Source: an uncultured cyanobacterium
GTDB lineage: Bacteria > Cyanobacteriota > Cyanobacteriia > Cyanobacteriales > Cyanobacteriaceae
Length of the DNA stretch: 64,000 nucleotides
Reading direction: 5' to 3'
NCBI GenBank assembly: GCA_963710605.1
Contig: CAVQBA010000002.1
Span: 32,001-96,000, forward strand
Below, piece by piece: positions 30,843-41,761 of this stretch. The first letter of the stretch is position 1, and every line of letters begins with the position of its first letter. Below the pieces are notes generated by a model. That model worked only from the letters and a program-made list of their open reading frames with translations, did not search any database and was not told the origin of the DNA. A program made the position numbers and the translations under genes.

Positions 30843-32039
30843 CTAACGCAAACGAGACTTAAGGAAAGTGAATAACAAAGCAATTAAAAATAATATTCCG
30901 CCAAAAACAGCATAGGTAAAACTGAGACTTGTATTGATTACCAAAGGTTGAGACAAAATCGGCGAGAGAAATTGACCTAAAAATAAAGCTGTAGATAATC
31001 CACCTAAGGCTCGACCACGTAAATTGTCGGGTACGATGCTACTTAACCACACATTCATATTCGGCATCAAAAGTCCTAAACTTACTCCAGTAAGACTCAA
31101 ACCTACTAAAATTTGTAACCAGATAGTACCTTGTCCGATTAAAAGATAACCGATACCCATACAAGCAAAGATGATGGGTAAAAAAGTAGCAAAATCAATT
31201 TTTTGTTTGAGTTTACCATAACTTACAGAAGCGATCGAGCTAAATAATGTACAAAGAGCAATTGCTAAACCACTTTGAGTTGGTGGGGCTTGGAAAAGAG
31301 TTTCTAATAAAAACGGTAATTGTACGGGAATCAGATAAAAAGCAACTTGACTGATAACTGTTAAACCATAAATAATAGCTAAAATAACGATCGGTAATGA
31401 ATTTGTTCGATCGACTGTAGTCGTCTGCTTTACTGGTGCATTATTACGTTCGGGTTCGACAATAAACATTAAAATCAAAGGTATAAATAACCAAGCAAAA
31501 AGATAGATACCGAAAGGAAAACGCCAATTTTGTTCGGCTAACAATCCACCCAAACTAAGAAATAATACGCCTCCTAAACCCATAAATCCAGCTTGTAAAC
31601 CCATGAAGTTGGCTCGATCGTTACCTGTATAATAGTCAGCAATCAAAGTCGTGGCACTTACCATCACCCCCGCTACAGCTAAGCCTAACAAAGCACGTCC
31701 GAGTAAAATATCCGTCAAACTATCTAAATATAAACCCGTACTACCTGCCGCACCGTAGATTATCGTGGTAATTAATAATAAAGGTTTACGTCCAAAACGA
31801 TCGACAATTAACCCTGCGATAGGAGAAGCGATGACAATAAATAATGCAGGAGTTGTAATGACTAACTTGACTAAAGTGTTGACTGTTTCTGGATTATCCA
31901 TTTGAGTTGCGAAGTATTTATTCATCGCAGGTAAAGCAGGTGAAATAGTTGCCCCCGACATCACTGTTAAACTACTAGCTAATAAAAGCGTAATTTTTGT
32001 TTTCCAAGAATTGATATCGATCGTATTAGTAGATTGCAT
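30843..32039 (-). CDS. MFS transporter
   Basis: About 12 TM segments; GLIVDRFGRK motif A. Confidence 0.93.
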   Translation of the reverse strand: MQSTNTIDINSWKTKITLLLASSLTVMSGATISPALPAMNKYFATQMDNPETVNTLVKLVITTPALFIVIASPIAGLIVDRFGRKPLLLITTIIYGAAGSTGLYLDSLTDILLGRALLGLAVAGVMVSATTLIADYYTGNDRANFMGLQAGFMGLGGVLFLSLGGLLAEQNWRFPFGIYLFAWLFIPLILMFIVEPERNNAPVKQTTTVDRTNSLPIVILAIIYGLTVISQVAFYLIPVQLPFLLETLFQAPPTQSGLAIALCTLFSSIASVSYGKLKQKIDFATFLPIIFACMGIGYLLIGQGTIWLQILVGLSLTGVSLGLLMPNMNVWLSSIVPDNLRGRALGGLSTALFLGQFLSPILSQPLVINTSLSFTYAVFGGILFLIALLFTFLKSRLR

Positions 32040-32249
32040 ATTCGCAGAGATAATTTATTCTAATACTAAGTTCAAAAAAGAAAAAGACAGACTAATCCCC
32101 CTAAATCCCCCTTCGTAAGGGGGACTTAACAGTAACAAAGTAACAACTGTTGTAAATTTTATTTTAATTAGTATAAGTTGGTAGATGTTGTTAAAAAAAA
32201 TCGCTCGTAATAGAAAGATATATTAGTCTATGAAAGTAAACATGTCACC

Positions 32250-32391
32250 TTCGTAGGTTGGGTTGAAGTACCGAAAATCTTCAGATAGAAACTATAAATA
32301 AAATAAAAACGAAACCCAACATTTAATACGAATCGAGATACTTCTCAAATGATAAAGTGATTAGTTGATTAATCGTTTGAATACTTGGATT
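32250..32391 (+). repeat. ~140-bp REP-headed leader repeat, copy 1
   Basis: TTCGTAGGTTGGGTTGAAGTACCGAAAA...CGAAACCCAACATT...ATCGAGATACTTC..GATAAAGT, repeated at 33073-33211. Confidence 0.85.
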
Positions 32392-33036
32392 ATGAACAAA
32401 GAAGAATTCACTAGAAGACTTAATTGGAAAGATTTTGTAGGAGTCAATTTGAGTCATGCTAATTTGAAAGGAGTCCACTTCTGTGAGTGCGATTTGAGTG
32501 AAGCCAATTTGACAGGGGCTGATTTGACAGATGCTGATTTTACTGAAGCCATCTTAGTTGAGACTAATTTTGGTGGGGCTGATTTGACTAATACTGTTTT
32601 CCAAGATGCTCTGTTTTGTCAAACTATTATGCCCTATGGTGAAATCAAAAATAGTACCGATCGAATTATTATGATTAGTCAAGAATTACTCGATCGTTAT
32701 GCTTCTGGAGAAAGAAATTTTCAATCTATTATTATTCCTCATGCTGACTTGAGAGAGGCTAATTTATGTGAGATAGATCTGTGGGGTGCTTATTTAAGAG
32801 GAGCGAATCTTCGTGGTACAAATTTATCTAGGTCGTGTCTCAATGGTGTTAATTTTGCCGATGCGGACTTTAGAAATGCTAATTTATTAGATTGTCAGAC
32901 TGAAGATGCTAATTTTTTCAGAGCTAATTTTACTGGTGCTAAAATAAGTGGTCATAGTCTTTATTGGATGACTTTTATGCACAACACTATTTTACCCGAT
33001 GGAGAAGTTTTCATTGGACCTAGCGACGGAGATTAA
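32392..33036 (+). CDS. pentapeptide repeat protein (two tandem modules)
   Basis: A(N/D)L repeats; module 1 ends FCQTIMPYG, module 2 runs ELLDRYASGERNF...NTILPDG. Confidence 0.88.
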   Translation: MNKEEFTRRLNWKDFVGVNLSHANLKGVHFCECDLSEANLTGADLTDADFTEAILVETNFGGADLTNTVFQDALFCQTIMPYGEIKNSTDRIIMISQELLDRYASGERNFQSIIIPHADLREANLCEIDLWGAYLRGANLRGTNLSRSCLNGVNFADADFRNANLLDCQTEDANFFRANFTGAKISGHSLYWMTFMHNTILPDGEVFIGPSDGD

Positions 33037-33072
33037 TCTTGAATTGAATTCATTTTGAATACGATCGTTACT

Positions 33073-33211
33073 TTCGTAGGTTGGGTTGAAGTACCGAAAA
33101 CCTTCAGATATAAATGATAAATAAAATAAAAACGAAACCCAACATTCTTTTACGATCGAGATACTTCCCAAAGGATAAAGTTATTAATTGATTAATTGTT
33201 TAGAGATTTGA
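33073..33211 (+). repeat. ~140-bp REP-headed leader repeat, copy 2
   Basis: Near-identical to 32250-32391 and ends at the ATG of the next gene. Confidence 0.85.
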
Positions 33212-33787
33212 ATGATGTATATTACTACTGAAGAAGTACTTAGAAGATACGCTAGTGGAGAAAGAGATTTTACTTGGATTAAAGTTCGCATCGTTGGTGA
33301 ATTTCTTAATGTCGATCTTAGTGAAATAAATTTGAGTGGTGTTGATGTTGGTGATTCTATTCTGGAAGGATGCAATTTTACTCACGCCAATCTTAGTTAT
33401 GCTGGGTTGGCTGAAACTGGTTTGTATAATAGTAATTTTAGATTTGCCAAATTGATCGAAACTCGTTTTGAATGTTCTGATTTGACAGAGGTTGACTTGA
33501 CAGGGGCTAACTTGACAAATGCTAGCTTCCAAATGGCAGATTTGACAGATGCTAATTTGACTGATACCAATTTGACTGGTACTGATTTTGATGGTGCTAG
33601 TTTGACTGGTACTAATTTGACTAATGCCAATCTGACGGGTGCTAATCTTGATTGTGCTAGTTTGACTGGTGCTAATTTGACTAATGCCAATTTGACTAGT
33701 GCTAATTTGATTGATGCCGATTTTGGTGGGGCTATTTTCTGTAACACTTTGATGCCCGATGGAACTTATCACAATGATCGTGGTTGA
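33212..33787 (+). CDS. pentapeptide repeat protein
   Basis: EEVLRRYASGERDF N-cap, ANLT repeats, FCNTLMPDG C-cap. Confidence 0.92.
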   Translation: MMYITTEEVLRRYASGERDFTWIKVRIVGEFLNVDLSEINLSGVDVGDSILEGCNFTHANLSYAGLAETGLYNSNFRFAKLIETRFECSDLTEVDLTGANLTNASFQMADLTDANLTDTNLTGTDFDGASLTGTNLTNANLTGANLDCASLTGANLTNANLTSANLIDADFGGAIFCNTLMPDGTYHNDRG

Positions 33788-33993
33788 TACTCAATAGTTT
33801 TAATTAGTACGATAGTGTAGGAAATTCGATCGTAATATAGCTTTTATCATTTTCACACGGTATAAGAAAAAATGGTAAGTCCCACTTTCAAAGGGGGATG
33901 AGTGGGGGATTTATCTCTATTTACAGTTAATGATGACTCATACGATCGATTTATTAAGCTAAAATATGGTCAAGTTGTAACTGATAAAAACAG

Positions 33994-34575
33994 ATGGTTA
34001 GTGAAATAACACCACCAAAAACTAAACTCTCTCCTGAAGAATATCTAAAAACGGAAAAAACAAGAGATATTAAACATGAATATATAAAAGGAGAGATATA
34101 CGAAATGGCAGGTGCAAGTGATTCTCATGTAACAATAGCAGGTAATCTATTTTCTTTATTAAAAAGTTTTTTGCGAGGAAAAAATTGCCGAGTTTATATT
34201 GCGGATATGAAAGTACAAATTGAAAGAACTAATGTTTTTTATTATCCTGATGTGATAGTTACTTGCGATTCTAGAGATCGAGAATATTCTTATTATAAAA
34301 AGTATCCTAAATTAATTATTGAAGTTTTATCTCAAAGCACCGAAGCAAAAGATAGAGGTAATAAATTTGCTAATTATCGTCAACTAGATACCCTTGAAGA
34401 ATATGTCTTAGTTTCTCAAAATCAAATGGAAGTAGAATGTTTTCGACGTAACCAAGATAATTTATGGGTATTGCATCCTTATCAGAATCCCGATCAATTA
34501 GTTACTTTTTCTAGTCTTGATTTTAGTTTTTCTTTGACTGATTTATACGAAGATGTTGTTTTTGAAGCACAATAA
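33994..34575 (+). CDS. Uma2 family endonuclease
   Basis: KHEYIKGEIYEMAGAS, YPDVIVTC, IEVLSQST...DRGNKF motifs. Confidence 0.92.
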   Translation: MVSEITPPKTKLSPEEYLKTEKTRDIKHEYIKGEIYEMAGASDSHVTIAGNLFSLLKSFLRGKNCRVYIADMKVQIERTNVFYYPDVIVTCDSRDREYSYYKKYPKLIIEVLSQSTEAKDRGNKFANYRQLDTLEEYVLVSQNQMEVECFRRNQDNLWVLHPYQNPDQLVTFSSLDFSFSLTDLYEDVVFEAQ

Positions 34576-34673
34576 GTCTAAAGTATTTCAAGCAGTAGAG
34601 AATTAATCTGTCTTTGGTATTTTAAATAGCTAGAATATGTTGTAACTAAGTTTAAATAAAAATAAAATCCGTT

Positions 34674-35789
34674 ATGAATTGGTGGTCTAAACTGAAAAAA
34701 AATCCTTTAGCCAGACTAGGAGCGATTATCTTAATTTGTTTTTATCTACTGGTGATTTTCGCTGATTTTATTGCTCCTTATAATCCTTACTCGGCTCAAG
34801 ATAACGGCTCTTTGTTACCACCGACTACTATTTATTGGCGTACTATTGACAAACAATTTATTGGTCCTCATGTTTACCCCACTATACAAGGTAAAACCGA
34901 TCTGGATACAGGCGATCGATTTTTAGAATCAGATTACAGCAAACCATCACCAATTCGTCTTTTTGTCAAGGGAGATCCCTATCAATTTTTAGAAATCAGA
35001 TTACCGTTACCGCCAAAATTTGCAGAAGTAGAAATCTTTTCAGGTATAAAGCTCGATCGACATTTATTTGGCACTAAAGGGGAAGGAAAAATCAATCTTT
35101 TAGGTACAGACGAACAAGGAAGAGATCAACTCAGTCGTTTACTCTATGGCGGTAGAATCAGTCTTTTTATCGGTTTAATTGGTATTTTGATCTCTTTTCC
35201 GATCGGCTTACTAGTAGGAGGAATTTCAGGCTATTTTGGCGGAATTGTTGATAGTATTTTGATGAGATTTATTGAAGTATTGATGAGTATTCCGGGGCTT
35301 TATTTACTGATCGCTTTAGCGGCGGTTTTACCAGCAAGTTTGAGTAGCGCACAACGATTTTTCCTGATTATTTTAATCACATCTTTTATTAGTTGGTCAG
35401 GACTTGCTAGAGTAGTTAGAGGGCAAGTTTTAGGGCTTAAGCAACAAGAATTTGTCTCCTCAGCAAAAGCGATCGGTGCTAATCCTTTTTACATTATTAT
35501 CAAGCATATACTACCGCAAACCGCAACTTATGTTGTCATTTCAGCTACTTTAGCTATTCCCAGTTTTATCGTCGCCGAGGCTGTTTTAAGTTTAATTGGT
35601 TTGGGTATCCAGCAACCCGATCCAAGTTGGGGTAATATGTTATCTTTAGCCACGAATGCTTCTATTTTAGTATTACAACCTTGGTTGGTTTTTACCCCTG
35701 CTATTTTGATTGTTTTAACTGTGCTTTCTTTTAATTTATTAGGCGATGGTTTACGTGATGCGTTAGATCCTAAAAATAGTCAAAATTAA
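34674..35789 (+). CDS. peptide/nickel ABC transporter permease (OppC/DppC-like)
   Basis: LGTDEQGRD, EAA loop (FVSSAKAIGA) and GDGLRDALDP. Confidence 0.92.
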   Translation: MNWWSKLKKNPLARLGAIILICFYLLVIFADFIAPYNPYSAQDNGSLLPPTTIYWRTIDKQFIGPHVYPTIQGKTDLDTGDRFLESDYSKPSPIRLFVKGDPYQFLEIRLPLPPKFAEVEIFSGIKLDRHLFGTKGEGKINLLGTDEQGRDQLSRLLYGGRISLFIGLIGILISFPIGLLVGGISGYFGGIVDSILMRFIEVLMSIPGLYLLIALAAVLPASLSSAQRFFLIILITSFISWSGLARVVRGQVLGLKQQEFVSSAKAIGANPFYIIIKHILPQTATYVVISATLAIPSFIVAEAVLSLIGLGIQQPDPSWGNMLSLATNASILVLQPWLVFTPAILIVLTVLSFNLLGDGLRDALDPKNSQN

Positions 35790-35922
35790 TGATAAGTGCT
35801 TATATAAATTAAGTTATCAATTTTTTGTAGGGGTGCAAGGTTTGCACCCTCTATTCAGCGGAGGTTCAACATTATCAAAGCAAAATCATACCAAATTCAA
35901 AAAATAAAAATATAGATTAAAT

Positions 35923-36498
35923 TTAGAAAAAATATCGAAGATAAAAACGGAGATAAAAAACTAGATAAATGGTAGCGTTAAATAAAACTAAACCTTTTGC
36001 CCACCAAGAATTAAACTGATTATATAAGAAAAAAGTACTAATATTTACTAATAATAATTCAACTAAAGATACCCATTTAGCATAATGACGAGAATCCCAA
36101 TAAGAAAGAGGGCTAATGAAGCGGTAATTAGTTAAAGGGACAAAATGTCGATGAGCATCATCATGATGGACAGGTAGATCGAATAGGCAATGAACAATCA
36201 TACTAATCAACATAATCTTTACCCAATTCCAATGATAAAAATGACAAATCCCGACTCCTACTAAACATAAAACGATCGAGTTAGGAATTGCAAATATATT
36301 TTGCCAATAATCAGTAAAATATACCTCAGACCAAATTTTATTAGCTGGTATCTTACCAATAAATTTAGCCCAAAAATAAAACCAAAAAATTGCAATATCG
36401 GGTAAAATACTACCAATTATAATCGGTAAATAAAACTTATTTGTGTCTTCTTTACTAAGTAAAAAAAGATTGATAACTACATGACTAGGAGTATTCAT
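35923..36498 (-). CDS. membrane-bound metal-dependent hydrolase-like protein
   Basis: MNTPSH, GSILPD and HCLFDLPVHHDDAHRHF motifs. Confidence 0.75.
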   Translation of the reverse strand: MNTPSHVVINLFLLSKEDTNKFYLPIIIGSILPDIAIFWFYFWAKFIGKIPANKIWSEVYFTDYWQNIFAIPNSIVLCLVGVGICHFYHWNWVKIMLISMIVHCLFDLPVHHDDAHRHFVPLTNYRFISPLSYWDSRHYAKWVSLVELLLVNISTFFLYNQFNSWWAKGLVLFNATIYLVFYLRFYLRYFF

Positions 36499-36508
36499 AA
36501 ACAGTTGA

Positions 36509-36615
36509 TATAGCAGTAAACAAGTACGTTATGACATCTATATCTTCTTTCCCCTCTTTTCAAAGGAGGGGTTAGGGGTGGTTGAATGTCAAGAGTAAAA
36601 TCATTATTTGCTATA
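36509..36615 (+). mobile_element. MITE family B (TATAGCA...TGCTATA) carrying a GGGGTTAGGGG repeat
   Basis: Terminal inverted repeats; homologous in reverse to 48776-48855. Confidence 0.65.
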
Positions 36616-36649
36616 ACCGATAACTATTAACTATTAACTATTAACTACT

Positions 36650-37267
36650 TTAAGAAGATATTCTTTGAGCAAACATTTGTCTTAAAACATGAGCGGGGTC
36701 AACATGATTGCCATTATATTTAAGTACCCAATGTAAATGAGGGCCTGTTGTTCTACCCGTCATGCCAATTCTACCAATTCTTGCACCAGAAGGAATTTTT
36801 TGTCCTTTAAACAAAACAATACCACCGCTTCGATCGACTAAAGCTATACCTTTAGAAGTATTCTCTACACTACCCATCAAATGACAATAAGTATGAGTCC
36901 AGCTACCAGACTGGATTTTGATCATCGTACCACAATTAGTATTATCTGATAAATGAACAATCTGCCCACTCCACCAGTTACGAACATAACTACCTAAAGG
37001 AGCGGCTAAATCTAGTCCATTATGAAAACTTCTTCTTCCTGTCACAGGATGAATACGATAACCAAAACCCGATGTATAAGCCTGAAAATTCTCGACAGGA
37101 AAAGAGGCGTTTCGCCAAGAAGTTGAATTTTTAACGTTTACAGCCTGTGCTTGTACAGATTTTGTCTGAAGTGGATTAACAATATCCGTGGTAACAACTG
37201 TTGTAAGACTTAACAATAAACCTAATAGAAATAGGTATTTATTCCTGAACTTGATCAATTTAGACAT
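36650..37267 (-). CDS. M23 family metallopeptidase
   Basis: Signal peptide; HNGLD, YCHL and TGPHLH motifs. Confidence 0.92.
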   Translation of the reverse strand: MSKLIKFRNKYLFLLGLLLSLTTVVTTDIVNPLQTKSVQAQAVNVKNSTSWRNASFPVENFQAYTSGFGYRIHPVTGRRSFHNGLDLAAPLGSYVRNWWSGQIVHLSDNTNCGTMIKIQSGSWTHTYCHLMGSVENTSKGIALVDRSGGIVLFKGQKIPSGARIGRIGMTGRTTGPHLHWVLKYNGNHVDPAHVLRQMFAQRISS

Positions 37268-37408
37268 TCACCCTCACTAGGAAAAAATAGTAATTTATAC
37301 TTATGTCTTTATGCATATTTTACGTTTTTAATTCTAGCTTAATTTTGTGGAGTTTCTAAATAAATGAATATAATTATAGTTAATGATTTATTATCTTATT
37401 AATCGTCT

Positions 37409-37849
37409 ATGACTATAACTGTAGATTTACGTGCGGCTAAAATTCCTTTAATTGGCAATATAGCGGTTCATTATTGGTTTGTTATCAACGAGGAAGAAGA
37501 GATTCAAAGATGGGAAATTTGGCAATCACAAAATAGAGGGCAAACTTGTTGGAAACATTTACATTGTAATTTAATGCATCACGATCGAGGTGTCGGTAAT
37601 GGAGATAGTTGGTTAGAAAAAAGATGGCATGGTATCGAAGCTCAAAATTTGGCGAAGATAATTAGAAAAACTCCGATCGAATATCCTTATAATTCTTGTT
37701 ACCGTTATTATCCTGGTCCTAATAGTAATACTTATGTACAATGGATTTTAAACCAAGCTCAAATTAATCATCGTTTAAGTCGTCGTGGTTTAGGTAAATA
37801 TTATCTAAAATTAGAGCAGTTTTTCTCTCGATTTTGGCTACAAAAGTAA
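37409..37849 (+). CDS. DUF3750 domain protein
   Basis: AVHYWF, RWEI, YPY..YRYYPGPNSNTYVQW motifs. Confidence 0.8.
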   Translation: MTITVDLRAAKIPLIGNIAVHYWFVINEEEEIQRWEIWQSQNRGQTCWKHLHCNLMHHDRGVGNGDSWLEKRWHGIEAQNLAKIIRKTPIEYPYNSCYRYYPGPNSNTYVQWILNQAQINHRLSRRGLGKYYLKLEQFFSRFWLQK

Positions 37850-37940
37850 TTAAAAAATTGTTAACAACTGATACTAAACATTACTTTTATTTTTTATAAA
37901 AGAGGTTGAATTATTAATTATTAATTATTAATTAACTATA

Positions 37941-38594
37941 CTAATCATAAGAATGTAATTTATTTTTAAGACTATTTAAAGTTTGACATAATTGCTCGAT
38001 TTTTAAAATATCTTTATTCCCTGCATTAATTTCAACGCCACTAGAAAGATCTAAACCATCACAGGGTACAGTATTAAGAGCTTTTGCTACATTATCAGGT
38101 TTCAAGCCTCCTGCTAGTAACCATGGACGTTGAGGACGAAAATCAGTTAAATCCTGCCAATTTAATTGTTTGCCCGTACCACCATAAACACCAACTTGAT
38201 AAGCATCTAATAAGATAGTATCAATTACGGGTAAGTAGCTATTTAGTTGTTGTAAAGATTCTCGGTTTTGGTAACGAAAAGCTTTAATAATTTCGGTTTT
38301 AGGAAGTAAAGTTGTTAATTGCTGACAATAATCAACTGTTTCATCTCCATGTAATTGAATTGCAGTTAAGTTTGTTTGAGTCACAATTTCGACAATTTTA
38401 TCTATCTCTTCATTAACAAAAACCCCAACTGTACTAATTTCTTCAGGTAATTGTTGAATAATTGTTTTAATCTGAATCGGCGAAATGTAACGAGGAGATT
38501 CCAAAACACAAATAAAACCGAGAGTATCTACTCCTAAATTAACAATATCGATCGCTTGTTCGATTTTAGTGATACCACATATTTTGAGTCGCAT
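37941..38594 (-). CDS. trpF: phosphoribosylanthranilate isomerase
   Basis: KICGIT, QLHGDE, GGTG, LAGGL and DLSSGVE motifs. Confidence 0.96.
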   Translation of the reverse strand: MRLKICGITKIEQAIDIVNLGVDTLGFICVLESPRYISPIQIKTIIQQLPEEISTVGVFVNEEIDKIVEIVTQTNLTAIQLHGDETVDYCQQLTTLLPKTEIIKAFRYQNRESLQQLNSYLPVIDTILLDAYQVGVYGGTGKQLNWQDLTDFRPQRPWLLAGGLKPDNVAKALNTVPCDGLDLSSGVEINAGNKDILKIEQLCQTLNSLKNKLHSYD

Positions 38595-38691
38595 AAAGAA
38601 AAATAAACTTTTTTTAAGAAAATTGTTTCCGGTAGTAATGAGACTTTAACATAACACTCACTAGTTAAAATCATCAAATTAAAATAAACCT

Positions 38692-38964
38692 ATGAATTTT
38701 TTATCTTTATCACTCTTAGCCAGTATGCCACAGACGGTATCTTGGAATTACAAAGTTGCGATCGTGATGATTACAGCTAATTTATTAGCCGTTTTTATCG
38801 GACGTTTTGCCATTCAAAGAGTAGGAATTGGACCTAGTTTGGTTAATAACAAACCAGCTTTATGGAAAAACTTTGGATTACCAGAACTATTAGCCACCTT
38901 CAGTTTTGGACATATTCTTGGTGCGGGATTCATCTTAGCATTTGCTAACGCTGGATTATTATAA
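38692..38964 (+). CDS. psaK: photosystem I subunit PsaK
   Basis: FGLPELLATFSFGHILGAGFIL; two TM helices. Confidence 0.93.
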   Translation: MNFLSLSLLASMPQTVSWNYKVAIVMITANLLAVFIGRFAIQRVGIGPSLVNNKPALWKNFGLPELLATFSFGHILGAGFILAFANAGLL

Positions 38965-39540
38965 ATCATTATCAAAAAATATTAATTCCCCACTTTCTTC
39001 GTGGGGAGAATCAGGCTTTTAACTTTACTTAATTAATCTATTAAAGTGTGATTTTTACTATAGTTTTATTAATATTCTCTTTAATAGTACAAATATCGGC
39101 AAGTACAACTATTTTTTTGATTTTAAAATCTTAACTAGATACTGTACTTAAGTTATAACTTGAACCAATTGTCTTAAAAATATTCACGCAGTATTATTAA
39201 ATCGACTAACTAAAAAAATATTTTAATCGGATAATTCTAAACTAAATTTTTCTTTTTGATCAAGTTAATTTTCCAATTTATCATTATTTAGTTTTGTAAA
39301 CAAATATTAATTATTGTATCGAAATGACAGCTTTTATTTTTAATCTATAAATCTTGAATAGTTGATTAATAGGTTATTAGCAAAAGTTTAATCGCTGATT
39401 AGATATTAACTGACACAATTTTGAGTTACTTAACTTTTGTCTGCTTAAACTATATGATAAGCAAAGGCTATGTAAAGTATTAAAAAGAGCAATATTAACT
39501 TTCTTTTCATTTGCCTTTTTTATAGTTTGTTCTTTTAGGT

Positions 39541-39556
39541 ATAGATAAAAACCTAT
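39541..39556 (+). promoter_or_regulatory. NdhR/CcmR (LysR-type) operator ATAG-N8-CTAT
   Basis: ATAGATAAAAACCTAT, 64 bp upstream of bicA; exact match to the NdhR consensus. Confidence 0.65.
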
Positions 39557-39619
39557 ATACAGAAAAGTCAATCATTTAAAAAAATCTATATATGATGCGT
39601 AGGGAAAATAAAAAAAACA

Positions 39620-41320
39620 ATGGCAATAACGAATAATATACATTTTCGTAATGTACAAGGAGATCTATTTGGTGGTCTCACAGCCGCTGTTATCGCCTTG
39701 CCAATGGCATTAGCATTTGGTATTGCTTCTGGTGCTGGTGCGTCAGCAGGTTTGTGGGGAGCTGTATTAGTCGGTTTTTTTGCGGCTTTGTTTGGCGGTA
39801 CACCAAGTTTGATTTCTGAACCAACAGGGCCGATGACTGTAATTTTTACAGCCGTCATTGCTCACTTGATCGATTTTAGTCCAGACAATGGTTTAGCAAT
39901 GGCTTTTACCGTTGTTATGATGGCAGGACTATTCCAAATATTGTTTGGAATATTAAAGTTAGGTAAATATGTCACAATGATGCCTTATACTGTCATTTCT
40001 GGTTTTATGACAGGTATTGGTTTAATTCTGATTATTTTACAAATTGCTCCTTTTTTAGGGCAGGCTAGTCCTAAAGGTGGGGTATTAGGTACGATTCAAA
40101 ATATACCAACTTTGTTTGCTAATATTAATCCGATCGAAACTATTCTGGCGGTATTAACTGTAGTAATACTTTATTCTGTCCCTAATCGTATCAAGCGTTT
40201 TTGTCCCCCACCACTACTGGCTTTGATTGTTGGTACTGCTGTTTCTCTACTCTTTTTTAGTAACGCTGATATCCGTGTTATTGGTGAAATTCCTACTGGT
40301 TTTCCTGCTTTACAATATCCGATATTTGAAGCTAGCGAAATTAGAGTCATGATTGTTGATGCGATGGTTTTAGCAATGCTAGGTTGTATTGATGCACTTC
40401 TAACTTCAGTTGTCGCCGATAGCCTAACTCGTACTGAACATAATTCAAATAAAGAATTAATCGGACAAGGTTTGGGAAATCTAGTTTCTGGTTTATTTGG
40501 CGGTTTACCCGGTGCTGGTGCAACTATGGGTACTGTCGTTAATATCGAAACTGGTGGACGTACTGCTTTATCTGGTTTAACTCGTGCTTTGATTTTATTT
40601 ATCGTTGTGGTTTGGGCTGCACCTTTAGCCGCAAATATTCCTCTAGCTGTTTTAGCTGGTATCGCTTTAAAAGTTGGTATCAATATCATGGATTGGGTTT
40701 TCTTGAAAAGAGTTCACAAAATTTCTTGGAAAGCGGCGGCAATTGTTTATGGTGTAATCGCTTTAACTGTCTTTGTTGATTTGATGGTAGCTGTTGGTGT
40801 TGGTATCTTTATTGCTAATATTTTGACTATTGACAAATTATCTGAATTACGTTCTAAATCAGTTAAAGTTGTTAGTGATACTGACGATCAAATGATTCTT
40901 TCTGCTGAAGAAAAACAGGTTTTAGATTTAGCGGGTGGTCGTGTTTTACTTTTCCATCTTAGTGGCCCAATGATTTTTGGCGTTGCTAAAGCTATTTCTC
41001 GCGAACATAATGCTATCCAAAATTATGATGTTTTAGTTGTTGATTTAACTGAAGTACCAATTCTGGGTGTTACTTCTTCATTAGCGATCGAAAATGCCAT
41101 CACCGAAGCGATCGATAACAGGCATGAAGTATTTATTGTTGGTGCAACAGGTAAAGTCAGATCTCGTCTAGAAAAACTAGGAATTAGAGGTTTAATTCCT
41201 GAATCTCATTGGACAGACGATCGTACTTTAGCATTACAAAATAGTTTAAATATTGTTCGTCAAAAACAAAGTATTATTTATCCACAACAAGTAGATGATA
41301 ATATTTCTCCATTTGCTTAA
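39620..41320 (+). CDS. bicA: SulP-family Na+-dependent bicarbonate transporter BicA
   Basis: GDLFGGLTAAVIALPMALAFG, SEPTGPMT, GAGATMGT and C-terminal STAS domain. Confidence 0.95.
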   Translation: MAITNNIHFRNVQGDLFGGLTAAVIALPMALAFGIASGAGASAGLWGAVLVGFFAALFGGTPSLISEPTGPMTVIFTAVIAHLIDFSPDNGLAMAFTVVMMAGLFQILFGILKLGKYVTMMPYTVISGFMTGIGLILIILQIAPFLGQASPKGGVLGTIQNIPTLFANINPIETILAVLTVVILYSVPNRIKRFCPPPLLALIVGTAVSLLFFSNADIRVIGEIPTGFPALQYPIFEASEIRVMIVDAMVLAMLGCIDALLTSVVADSLTRTEHNSNKELIGQGLGNLVSGLFGGLPGAGATMGTVVNIETGGRTALSGLTRALILFIVVVWAAPLAANIPLAVLAGIALKVGINIMDWVFLKRVHKISWKAAAIVYGVIALTVFVDLMVAVGVGIFIANILTIDKLSELRSKSVKVVSDTDDQMILSAEEKQVLDLAGGRVLLFHLSGPMIFGVAKAISREHNAIQNYDVLVVDLTEVPILGVTSSLAIENAITEAIDNRHEVFIVGATGKVRSRLEKLGIRGLIPESHWTDDRTLALQNSLNIVRQKQSIIYPQQVDDNISPFA

Positions 41321-41667
41321 TTGAATTTATTTATTTTTCATCAAAAATATACCCTAAAAACTACGCTCATTTATTTGGCTATAAATTAAAAGTGAATGAC
41401 TTGAAATAACCAAATTTTATTGCTCACCTTATGTTTCTATTTAAGATTAGTTTTTTTTGTCAGCGTAATCTTAATCAAACACAACAAACTTTGTTCCTGA
41501 GTGAATGTTTTTATCCGAAAATTTTCATTCATAAGCCTTAGCTACAAATCAATTTAATACAGTTAGACTTATATTTGTCACTTTATAGATAAGTTGAAAT
41601 TATCTATAAAATAAATAATCTGTTTTAAATTTTGATAGCTTAAATAATTTTTAGATACATAATAATG

Positions 41668-41715
41668 ATAGAGTTATATCAATGACAAACAAAATATTGA
41701 TTGATTTAGATCTAT
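41668..41715 (+). promoter_or_regulatory. paired NdhR/CcmR-like boxes upstream of sbtA
   Basis: ATAG-N8-CAAT (41668-41683) and ATTG-N8-CTAT (41700-41715), one mismatch each. Confidence 0.5.
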
Positions 41716-41761
41716 TTATAAACTTTTGACCCCTAATATATAATTAAGGAGAAATTACAAC

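Noticed and set aside
32250-33211. CRISPR array or integron attC array
   Set aside because: Only two long repeats separated by a whole gene; no regular spacers, cas genes, integrase or clear attC boxes.
33200-33772. Antisense ORFs over pentapeptide genes (also 33397-33747 and 50570-51046)
   Set aside because: Shadow frames produced by the repetitive pentapeptide codons.
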